Below are positions 34,162 through 41,884 of a stretch of DNA of 53,234 nucleotides, one piece after another. The notes beneath the pieces are model-generated. The model made no database searches, had not been told where the DNA came from, and saw only the letters and a program-made list of their open reading frames with translations. Positions within the stretch are counted from its first letter, which is position 1; each line of letters begins with the position of its first letter. The translations under genes and the position numbers were made by a program. Origin of the DNA: Candidatus Saccharimonadota bacterium (GTDB lineage: Bacteria > Patescibacteriota > Saccharimonadia > Saccharimonadales > UBA10212); contig JACPKG010000016.1 of the NCBI GenBank assembly GCA_016187175.1, forward strand, positions 1 to 53,234, in the 5' to 3' direction.

Positions 34162-35286
34162 ATGGCTAAGAAAGATTATTATGAGGTTTTGGGGGTTGGT
34201 AAAAATGCCAGCGCTGACGAGATCAAGAAGGCCTTTCGGCGGCTGGCGGTCGAACATCATCCGGATCGTGGCGGTGCCGAAGAAAGTTTTAAAGAAATTA
34301 ACGAAGCCTACGAAGTTCTTAAAGACTCCGAAAAACGCAAGCGCTACGACCAATTTGGCCACGCCGGTGTTGGTAGCAGCGCGGCTAGCGAGGGGGCGCC
34401 TTTTGGCGGCTTCGGCGGTCCTGGTCAAGAATTTCACTTTGATTTTGGCGATCTAGGCCTAGGCGATATTTTTGGCAGTTTTTTTGGCGGTACTACGACT
34501 ACCGGCAGCCGCCGCCAAAAGCGAGGCAACGACGTCGAAACCAATATAGATATCAGTTTTGAACAAGCTGTTTTCGGCACAGAGGTAGATTTGCGCCTTA
34601 AGCTTGAAGACAACTGCGAACATTGCCGGGGGACAACGGTTGAGCCAGGCTATGAGCTAAAACTTTGCGACCAATGCAAAGGCGCCGGCCAAATTACCAA
34701 TGTTATGCGGACGGTTTTTGGCAATATCCAGCAGGCAGTAACCTGTCCGCAGTGCAAGGGTAAAGGTAAAACTCCTGAAAAGATCTGCTCAGTTTGTCAT
34801 GGTAAGGGAACCCAGCGTAAACCCCAAGCCATTAAACTTAGAGTCCCGGCTGGTATTGATGATGGTGCTACCATCCGCTTGCGCGAGCATGGCGAGGCGA
34901 CTACTGACGGACCGAAAGGCGACCTCTATGTCAATATTCGTGTTCGCCCGCACAAAAAATTCACCCGCGAGGGCGACCTGATACTTTCCAGTGAGCATAT
35001 CGGAATGGTTGATGCCGCCCTAGGCACCCAAATTGACGTTGAAACAGTCGACGGCCCGGTCCGCATGAAAGTCCCAGCCGGCACGAACTCCGGCAGTGAT
35101 TTTAAACTGTCCGGCCACGGTGTACCGCACTTAAAAGACTCTGGCCCCTTCGACTCCGCCCAGGGTAAACGCGGCGCTCATATCGTGACAATTTTAGTCG
35201 ATACCCCCACCAAACTATCAGCCAGCCAAAAAGAGTTGCTAGAAGATCTCAAAAACAACGAAGGCAAACACGGTTTATTTGGTTAA
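34162..35286 (+). CDS. dnaJ: molecular chaperone DnaJ (type I Hsp40)
   Basis: J domain (DYYEVLGV...HHPDRGG), G/F region and four CxxCxGxG zinc-finger repeats. Confidence 0.95.
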   Translation: MAKKDYYEVLGVGKNASADEIKKAFRRLAVEHHPDRGGAEESFKEINEAYEVLKDSEKRKRYDQFGHAGVGSSAASEGAPFGGFGGPGQEFHFDFGDLGLGDIFGSFFGGTTTTGSRRQKRGNDVETNIDISFEQAVFGTEVDLRLKLEDNCEHCRGTTVEPGYELKLCDQCKGAGQITNVMRTVFGNIQQAVTCPQCKGKGKTPEKICSVCHGKGTQRKPQAIKLRVPAGIDDGATIRLREHGEATTDGPKGDLYVNIRVRPHKKFTREGDLILSSEHIGMVDAALGTQIDVETVDGPVRMKVPAGTNSGSDFKLSGHGVPHLKDSGPFDSAQGKRGAHIVTILVDTPTKLSASQKELLEDLKNNEGKHGLFG

Positions 35287-35287
35287 T

Positions 35288-35896
35288 CTATTGTCGTGGT
35301 GGATTAACGCCGGCGTATTGAAGAAGTTTGGCACCTACTAAAGCGGCCAACCTTTTGTGCCTTGGTAATGCGTTAAATCTATCCGTTCCTCGTCTCTTTT
35401 TACGCCATAACATCAATAAATCAGCATCATCTAACAATGTTTCAATTGGTTCGCCAGCTCCATGCACCCGTCCATCTACAGAAGCACTGATGCCAGCAGC
35501 CTGAAGATTTCTTTCAATACGATCTCGGATAATAACCAAGGCTTCTAGACTATTTACTTTAGGCAGAACAATAGCAAACTCATCGCCGTGTATACGCACT
35601 GCTACGGCATCCAAATCCCGATCCTCATCGGTCCGATGGTCCTCTTCGACATTTTTAAGCTCGGTCCGGACACTTTGAGTCATAACGCTACCGGCGCGGA
35701 CAAGTAACTGGTTGCCGGCTGCGTGGCCGTGTTGATCATTGATAGCTTTAAGACCATCAATGTCCACCATTAATAGGCTAAAGTCGCCTGGTATTTTAGC
35801 TTTTAGATCACGCAGTTTTCTTTCTAGCCCGGCGTGATTTAATAAACCCGTAAGACGGTCCCGGTATCCATCATCTTGTAAGCTTTCAGCGTGCAT
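35288..35896 (-). CDS. stand-alone GGDEF-domain protein (HGDEF variant)
   Basis: RDRLTGLLNH, MVDIDGLKAINDQHGHAAGNQLL and RIHGDEFAIVL. Start at MHAESL (35896), 6 nt downstream of a TGTTATAGT box on the minus strand. Confidence 0.8.
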   Translation of the reverse strand: MHAESLQDDGYRDRLTGLLNHAGLERKLRDLKAKIPGDFSLLMVDIDGLKAINDQHGHAAGNQLLVRAGSVMTQSVRTELKNVEEDHRTDEDRDLDAVAVRIHGDEFAIVLPKVNSLEALVIIRDRIERNLQAAGISASVDGRVHGAGEPIETLLDDADLLMLWRKKRRGTDRFNALPRHKRLAALVGAKLLQYAGVNPPRQ

Positions 35897-36035
35897 GTAC
35901 TTACTATAACATAAATGTTTACTATATGTCAAAAACGGCTGTGTTTACTTGCCCCGCACCAAGTCTTGACCCATTCGACAGGCTCAGGATCAAGATTTGG
36001 CGTGAGGTTGACTCAAGGGTTACAATAAAATTTAG

Positions 36036-36227
36036 ATGATTCCCAAAAATACAAACCAATCTGGCTTTACCCAGCACTTAGCCTCCGAGATTATCCGCCG
36101 CAAGCGGATATATTCGAAGAACGCAGAGCTAAGTGCTGGGTTTATCCCAATGCTTATCATGATCGTGATAGTATTAGCTATTTTTATCTGGTTAGTCTAT
36201 TCCCGCGTCTCCCACTCCGGTAGCTAG
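36036..36227 (+). CDS. possible small tail-anchored membrane protein (63 aa), overlapping a long hairpin
   Basis: C-terminal TM helix (FIPMLIMIVIVLAIFIWLVY). The N-terminal half is encoded by a 14-bp perfect inverted repeat, so an RNA function is an alternative. Confidence 0.35.
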   Translation: MIPKNTNQSGFTQHLASEIIRRKRIYSKNAELSAGFIPMLIMIVIVLAIFIWLVYSRVSHSGS

Positions 36228-36258
36228 CGTTCGCATTGCCTAACCACAAGAGCTATGT

Positions 36259-36264
36259 TATAAT
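36259..36264 (+). promoter_or_regulatory. extended -10 box (TGTTATAAT)
   Basis: Ends 11 nt before ATG 36276, with no SD between them. Confidence 0.45.
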
Positions 36265-36275
36265 ATATAGTAATT

Positions 36276-37238
36276 ATGAATATTCCCAGAGATCCAGGGA
36301 GTGTACCCCTAACAGTTGAGCCAGAGGTAGCCAAGGAGTACCACAAGCGACGTCGGGCTAATAGTATAGCTTGGCAGCCTAGACAAATAACTGCCGATAG
36401 ATATCGAATCTATGAACTGCTAGAAGCAGGTGAATTACTGATTGGCGGTCCGGAGGCAGATTATATTGAAGGTGTAGCCCAAAAAGATAACGATATCTTA
36501 GAAATCTTGGGCAATAGCGCTTTGTCACTTATAACAGCCGAGCATGCGACTACGCAAATTAGAGTTGAGGACGACGGAACAAAAAAGGAAAAAGAAAACG
36601 ATGCTGGAACGGGCTCATTGGCAATTGTTGTGGGCAAAGAAACAAACAGCTATGTTCTAGTTGCTATTGGTCGTCAAACAGGTGACCCCAATAATGACGA
36701 TACGCATCCCTTCAAGAGTAATATTGCTAATGTTATCGAATCCAACCCGCAAATGCGCGCTTTTTTCTCTCTCCATGGAATGTCTAGGGCTAAAGGTGCG
36801 GATTTCTTAGACAAACAAGGCTTCGCGGTAATTGTAGGTATAGGCGACAAGCCGTCACCTGCCACTAAGGCGCTGGTGGATGAATTAGACATAGTTGCCA
36901 AAGATCTCGGCTTGAGATTAGGAATAAACCAAAAGTTTTTAGATTTTAGCACTAAAAACTGGCAACCAATCCTGGACAAGAACGGTCTTGTTAAAAGAAA
37001 GGTTTTTGAGTCGCCATGGTACACCACGCGCGGTTATGCCCAAGCTGTTTTGGCAGAACAAGAAAGAGTGGAAGCATTTACGGCCGTACAAATGGAGTTA
37101 AGTTCTGCGATCCGCCATACGCAGGCGGATTTGAGAAAAGCTATCTTTCCAGACCTTGAAAGCCAGGTAATAGGCGCGGCTTTGGGCTATCATTTTGTTA
37201 GAAGGGCTGTAGGTAGCGTGGCGCTTTTGGGAGGCTAG
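36276..37238 (+). CDS. hypothetical protein, first gene of the rimK cluster (possible amidohydrolase fold, very uncertain)
   Basis: 320 aa. ITAEHATT and FFSLHGMS are faintly reminiscent of N-formylglutamate amidohydrolase-type motifs. No firm assignment. Confidence 0.55.
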   Translation: MNIPRDPGSVPLTVEPEVAKEYHKRRRANSIAWQPRQITADRYRIYELLEAGELLIGGPEADYIEGVAQKDNDILEILGNSALSLITAEHATTQIRVEDDGTKKEKENDAGTGSLAIVVGKETNSYVLVAIGRQTGDPNNDDTHPFKSNIANVIESNPQMRAFFSLHGMSRAKGADFLDKQGFAVIVGIGDKPSPATKALVDELDIVAKDLGLRLGINQKFLDFSTKNWQPILDKNGLVKRKVFESPWYTTRGYAQAVLAEQERVEAFTAVQMELSSAIRHTQADLRKAIFPDLESQVIGAALGYHFVRRAVGSVALLGG

Positions 37239-37240
37239 TC

Positions 37241-38044
37241 ATGACTGATAAGACTTCGAAAGAATGGTGGCAGTCTGCCTATACCAACCGCTACTTTAAA
37301 ACACGCCCCAGTGCACGGATATCTAGTGAGCAAACAGCTAAAGACACCGCTTTCATTGTAAAAACTCTGAATCTTAAAAAGGGAGCTAAATTACTGGACC
37401 TTGGATGTGGGCATGGTCGTCATACGATTGCCTTAGCGGAACTTGGTTATAGGGTCACTGGCTTAGATTACTCGCGTGACTTTATCGAACTAGCACAAAA
37501 AGAAGCCAAAGCAAAAGGTGTGTCAGCCCAGTTTGTCCAACAAGATATGCGTGAAATTACTTATGAGGCAGAGTTCGATGCTGTTATCAGTTTCTTTAGC
37601 TCGTTTGGTTATTTTGCAGATGATGAAGATAATCAGCTGGTATTACGAAAAGTTGCCAAGGCGCTCAAGCCGAGCGGTATTTTGCTGATCGACCTCAATA
37701 GCTTGGGCAGGACATTGAGAAGATACATTGCAAATGGACGGTATGACGAGAAACGTCAAGTTTTTACGCTAACCCGCGATAAGCTATTTCCCACGGGACA
37801 AAAAGGCCAGCTCCAGCTAGATTTTGATCCAAAAACCATGAAGAGTAGCTGGATTTATTCCTGGAGTGAAAATGGCAAGCCCCAGCAGGACAAAGGAGAA
37901 ATAAGGGTATACAGCTTAGCCGAGATGATCCATCTATTAAAAGATGCAGGCTTGGAGTTTGATAGAGTGTGGGGCGGCTATGAAATGGAAGATTTTACCT
38001 CGATAAGCCCTCGGATGATACTGAAAGCTCGTAAGATAGAATAA
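37241..38044 (+). CDS. class I SAM-dependent methyltransferase
   Basis: LLDLGCGHGRHTIALAELGYRVTGLDYS (motif I plus acidic post-I) and ISFFSSFGYF. Confidence 0.85.
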   Translation: MTDKTSKEWWQSAYTNRYFKTRPSARISSEQTAKDTAFIVKTLNLKKGAKLLDLGCGHGRHTIALAELGYRVTGLDYSRDFIELAQKEAKAKGVSAQFVQQDMREITYEAEFDAVISFFSSFGYFADDEDNQLVLRKVAKALKPSGILLIDLNSLGRTLRRYIANGRYDEKRQVFTLTRDKLFPTGQKGQLQLDFDPKTMKSSWIYSWSENGKPQQDKGEIRVYSLAEMIHLLKDAGLEFDRVWGGYEMEDFTSISPRMILKARKIE

Positions 38045-38178
38045 TTCTATCTGGAAAGCCTTGTAATAATAACTTAAAGATGTTAAAATTTAGATAAATG
38101 AGCACCCCAGGATAAGTTATTTCCGGGTGTCTTGTTTTTTAGGCCCTAAACACTTATAAATAACCAAGGATAAACTCT

Positions 38179-39087
38179 ATGAATATAGCAATCTTGGCTC
38201 GGCCGACAGGCAAGAATAACGCTGACCGCTTGCTTGCTGCTGCCAAAAAAAGGGGTCACAAAGCCCAGGTTGTCGATTACACGAAAGTTTATTGCAACGT
38301 CGAAAAAAATAGACCGCAGATTTTTTACAATGGCAAGCCCTTACCGCACTTCGATGCCGTGATTCCTCGGATAGCCATATCCAGCCAAAGTTACGGCAGC
38401 GTGATTATCCGGCAGTTCGAAATGATGAATGTCTTTACAACTACCGGCTCGCTGGCTTTTTTGCGGGCCCGCGATAAACTGCGCAGTATGCAGCTCCTGG
38501 CGCGCAATAATATAGATATTCCCAAAACAGTTGTGGCGCGCGAAACTAAAGACGTTGAACGGCTGCTGGAGCTGGTAGGTGGCACACCCGTAATTATCAA
38601 GGTCGCCAGGGGCAGTTTGGGTGTCGGTGTCGTGCTGGCCGAAACTAAAAAAGCGGCTCGTTCGATTATCCAAGCATTCTTAACTCAAGATGTAAACATC
38701 TTGGTGCAGGAGTTTATTGCAGAGGCCGATGGCCAAGATGTACGGGTCTTTATTATTGACGATCAAGTTGTTGCTGCCATGAAACGCAAAACGCTTGATG
38801 AGGATGAGTTCCGCTCCAACATTAACCTGGGCGGCGTGGGCGAGCCGGTCACTCTCACCAAGAAAGAGGCAAGTGTTGCCAAGCGGGCTGCCAGACTGAT
38901 GCATCTTTCGATCGCTGGCGTTGATATTTTGAGGTCCAAGCGAGGACCACTGGTCATGGAGGTCAATGCTTTCCCGATGCTGACCGGTATCGAAGCCACC
39001 ACCAAAATTGATATAGCTGATAAAATAATTGAATATGTCGAGCGCAGTGTAGGAGCTAAGATTAAAAAAGATAAAGTCGGTGTTTAA
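38179..39087 (+). CDS. rimK: RimK-family ATP-grasp alpha-L-glutamate ligase
   Basis: Collinear with E. coli RimK as I recall it: MNIAILAR, LPHFDAVIPRI, ARDKLRSMQLLAR, GVGVVLAETKKAA, FRSNINLGG, GVDILRSKRGPLVMEVNA. Confidence 0.9.
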   Translation: MNIAILARPTGKNNADRLLAAAKKRGHKAQVVDYTKVYCNVEKNRPQIFYNGKPLPHFDAVIPRIAISSQSYGSVIIRQFEMMNVFTTTGSLAFLRARDKLRSMQLLARNNIDIPKTVVARETKDVERLLELVGGTPVIIKVARGSLGVGVVLAETKKAARSIIQAFLTQDVNILVQEFIAEADGQDVRVFIIDDQVVAAMKRKTLDEDEFRSNINLGGVGEPVTLTKKEASVAKRAARLMHLSIAGVDILRSKRGPLVMEVNAFPMLTGIEATTKIDIADKIIEYVERSVGAKIKKDKVGV

Positions 39088-39106
39088 GCTTTTTAGCCAA
39101 CAATAA

Positions 39107-39742
39107 ATGAAAATTTTAATCGTTGATAATGGTACACACTACAAAAAGCGGCTGAATGGGCTGTTGGAGGGGCATGAAATTACGATTGTCCAACACCCGA
39201 ATGTCACTCCTGATCTTCATAATCCAGGTCTTGACTTAATTGTGCTATCCGGGGCTTATGGCACACACAGCATTAAGTACCACGGTGATAAATTGCTAGC
39301 CCATGAACAAGAATTTATCCGTAGCGCCAAAGTCCCCGTTATTGGTATTTGTTATTCAGCCCAGTTGATAGCCCATATGTACGGCGCCCGCCTGTCCGTC
39401 TTGCCCGGCGGCAAGCGGTTTAAGGGCGTAAAGAGAATCTGGAACATCAGGCAAACCCCATTTGACTTTTTTGAAAACAACACCGGCCGGGTGTGGTCTT
39501 CACAACGCTGGCGTATCACTGATCTACCAAACGAGCTAGAAGCTTGGTGTGCCAGTGCCACTGGCGTGGAAATCTTTAGACATCGCGACAGGCCGGTGTA
39601 CGGTTTGCAGTTTCACCCCGAACACTATACTGCCCATCGGGACGGGCAGCGCATTTTCAAGAAAATAATCGAAATCGAACTGAAATCAAAGGCCCAAACT
39701 AAAAAACTGTCTCAGCCGATATTGGCTACAAAAAAACTTTAA
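39107..39742 (+). CDS. class I glutamine amidotransferase-like protein
   Basis: Nucleophile elbow VIGICYSAQLI and GLQFHPEH His/Glu motif. 211 aa, stand-alone. Confidence 0.75.
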   Translation: MKILIVDNGTHYKKRLNGLLEGHEITIVQHPNVTPDLHNPGLDLIVLSGAYGTHSIKYHGDKLLAHEQEFIRSAKVPVIGICYSAQLIAHMYGARLSVLPGGKRFKGVKRIWNIRQTPFDFFENNTGRVWSSQRWRITDLPNELEAWCASATGVEIFRHRDRPVYGLQFHPEHYTAHRDGQRIFKKIIEIELKSKAQTKKLSQPILATKKL

Positions 39743-39899
39743 GGCGCTAGTGGTAAAATGCTGATATGACAAGTGGCGAGCTTTCTGTACTGCTTCGCAG
39801 TAGAACAGTGCGTAATACAAAGCTCTTGTGTCAGGTGTCGGAATAGATGCAAAAAGTTAAGCTATTGACGACAGCCACAGAGAAAGTCTATTGCTAGGC

Positions 39900-40379
39900 A
39901 TGGCAGAGATTATTTTGCTAAGTATTGTAGTGCTGCCACTTCTATGCACCTTTTTCTTAAAAAGCAATGGCGCTTTGACATTTCTGACTGTCTGTGTGGG
40001 CTACGTACTGGTTAGTTTAGCCAGCAACGACCTGGAAAATTTTTTAAGCGATTCCGGTATTAACAGCCTTGATCTACAGCTTACTGATTTAATCCTGGTA
40101 TTCGGGCCGGTGCTTTTGACGATGCTTTTAACCAGAAAAGCCTTGTCTAACCAATTCAAATTTTTGATGCACTTGATTGCCGCCGCTTGCGCCGGCGGAC
40201 TCATGGCCTTGATCACTGCGCCCTTCCTGGCAAGCACTTCGACCGTCGACATTTTTGATACATGGACGTGGGCTAGCCTGCAAAAAATTCAGACAGTTGT
40301 AATAGTTATTGGCGCCCTTGTCAGCCTGTCTCTAATTTGGTCCGGCGGTCTCAAAAATCGGTTCAGACACCACAAATAG
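39900..40379 (+). CDS. hypothetical polytopic membrane protein
   Basis: About 4 TM helices. Start moved to ATG 39900. Confidence 0.5.
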   Translation: MAEIILLSIVVLPLLCTFFLKSNGALTFLTVCVGYVLVSLASNDLENFLSDSGINSLDLQLTDLILVFGPVLLTMLLTRKALSNQFKFLMHLIAAACAGGLMALITAPFLASTSTVDIFDTWTWASLQKIQTVVIVIGALVSLSLIWSGGLKNRFRHHK

Positions 40380-40403
40380 AATAGAAAAGTAAGAGCTGAT
40401 TCT

Positions 40404-40415
40404 TTGGAGGGCCAC
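40404..40415. repeat. direct copy (a) of the tRNA-Lys 3' end (TTGGAGGGCCAC)
   Basis: The complement GTGGCCCTCCAA matches the ..GGGCCCTCCA terminus of tRNA-Lys at 41619-41630. Confidence 0.55.
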
Positions 40416-40455
40416 CGTGAAGGCTGTAGCAACTGCCATTCAGGTTAGCCAGCAT

Positions 40456-40986
40456 TTACATATTAGTACTCTCAGCTGAGGTTGCCTGGGCTTCATCAAT
40501 TAAATCCAAGCTACCACCAGAAGCCAGTATCCTGGCTATGTCGGCTACCTCTAAAGTACGCCGAAAATCACCGTAATAAACATTCCGCTCTCCAGGATAC
40601 GGAACGCGTACATTCCATGTTTCACTTTTATGTTTTAGCAGCAATGACTCACCCGGTTCGAGCTTCTCGCCGGTCGATATCTCTATCAAACCATAGGCAT
40701 TTCTGTCTAACCGTCTTGTCCTAATTCCTTCCGGTTCCTCAGGAATATTTAACCTGACGTATAGTCCATACTTATGTGTCTGATGATAGATTCTCTCTAA
40801 AATCTTGCAGGCCTCAGAATATGCTTGTCTTCTCAGTTGTTGTCGGCGCACACTGTCGGATTGTTCAGATGTAGCCCAAGATATTAGAGTGGACGATGCT
40901 TCCTCAAGTAACTTAGTGATACCTGTTAATTCTTGTTCGTCAAAAACAATGTCGTGTGAGCCGGACCTTGCCTCGCCATTTGTCAT
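40456..40986 (-). CDS. hypothetical protein (176 aa), cargo between tRNA-end repeats a and b
   Basis: Track ORF. No family recognised. Confidence 0.5.
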   Translation of the reverse strand: MTNGEARSGSHDIVFDEQELTGITKLLEEASSTLISWATSEQSDSVRRQQLRRQAYSEACKILERIYHQTHKYGLYVRLNIPEEPEGIRTRRLDRNAYGLIEISTGEKLEPGESLLLKHKSETWNVRVPYPGERNVYYGDFRRTLEVADIARILASGGSLDLIDEAQATSAESTNM

Positions 40987-41130
40987 ACACTAAGTTTATT
41001 TTTCAAACCAAGTTTTAGCAAGCAAAAGCACAATGAATTTGGTTCGGAAGTTGCACTAGGTCTAATCTAGAGCAGTTAATTGTAAAATCCTCAACAAAAA
41101 CTAAAATAACGGGGGTAAAAAGGCTTATGC

Positions 41131-41142
41131 TTGGAGGGCCAC
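41131..41142. repeat. direct copy (b) of the tRNA-Lys 3' end (TTGGAGGGCCAC)
   Basis: Identical 12-mer to copy a. Confidence 0.55.
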
Positions 41143-41151
41143 GAAGATTTG

Positions 41152-41361
41152 TTAGGCAGTTTCCTGCTCAAGCTTCGTTAATCGTTCATCGACCTGCTTG
41201 TTAATTTCTTCTATCGCTTCGCCAACTCCAATAAAACCATCAAGCATTTCTTTTCTGAGAGCTTCTAGTTTTTCTTCGAGATTTTCGTCAAATCTAGCTT
41301 CGGCTTGTGAAATCCGAGTATCAATAAACTGCTTTAAGTCTTCCAGTTGTTGGTCATTCAT
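41152..41361 (-). CDS. small coiled-coil protein (69 aa), cargo between repeats b and c
   Basis: Heptad-like, Glu/Leu/Lys-rich sequence. TAATAT box upstream. Confidence 0.5.
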   Translation of the reverse strand: MNDQQLEDLKQFIDTRISQAEARFDENLEEKLEALRKEMLDGFIGVGEAIEEINKQVDERLTKLEQETA

Positions 41362-41381
41362 AAAGCTATATTAGCACAAGG

Positions 41382-41390
41382 CTTGGAGGG
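41382..41390. repeat. direct copy (c) of the tRNA-Lys 3' end (TTGGAGGGC)
   Basis: Followed at 41449-41463 by a copy of the tRNA-Lys T-arm (CAGTGGGATTCGA). Confidence 0.5.
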
Positions 41391-41586
41391 CTCAGTCCTT
41401 CGCTAAAGCTTCGGAGCACAGGCCAGTAGTGTGAGCGCACATCTGCGCTCTCAGTGGGATTCGAGTTATTCTTGTCTGGCCAAATTTTAGTTTGGCCTTC
41501 GCTCTAACTGAGCTTCAAAGGTAAACTCAAACAGCCACTGGCTGTTCTCGCCCTACGGGTTCGAATCCCGCATTGAAACATCCATT

Positions 41587-41616
41587 GAAAAAACCTGACA
41601 CAAGGTCAGGCGTTTT
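41587..41616. terminator. bidirectional rho-independent terminator
   Basis: AAAAAA-CCTGAC-acaag-GTCAGG-cg-TTTTT, immediately 3' of tRNA-Lys. Confidence 0.75.
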
Positions 41617-41618
41617 TA

Positions 41619-41695
41619 ATGGAGGGCCCAGTGGGATTCGAACCCACGACACGCGGCTTAAAAGGCCGCTGCTCTGACCAGCTGAGCTATGGGCC
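41619..41695 (-). tRNA. tRNA-Lys (anticodon TTT), CCA encoded
   Basis: Hand-folded from the reverse complement: GGGCCCA-TA-GCTC-AGCTGGTCA-GAGC-A-GCGGC-CTTTTAA-GCCGC-GTGTC-GTGGG-TTCGAAT-CCCAC-TGGGCCC-T-CCA. 77 nt. Confidence 0.9.
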
Positions 41696-41884
41696 CGCAG
41701 CGCCCCGACACTGTCGGGGCGCTAATGGCGCTAATAATTCGGCTCCGGAGCTGAATTAACCCCTGATATTATCCTTTTTTTGACTAAAAAAATCAACGAG
41801 TTCATCAACTCCCTGGTTTGTATCTCGGTGACTTAAAAAACGCAAGCAATTAACTTCTTGTCTCTCATATGCCATTATGGCGAA

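Noticed and set aside
41383-41616. tmRNA (ssrA) in the tRNA-like remnant next to tRNA-Lys.
   Set aside because: A T-arm-like hairpin and a ..CATCCA end are present, but there is no complementary 5' acceptor strand, no GGGG..TTCGAC 5' motif and no tag reading frame ending in Ala-Ala-stop.
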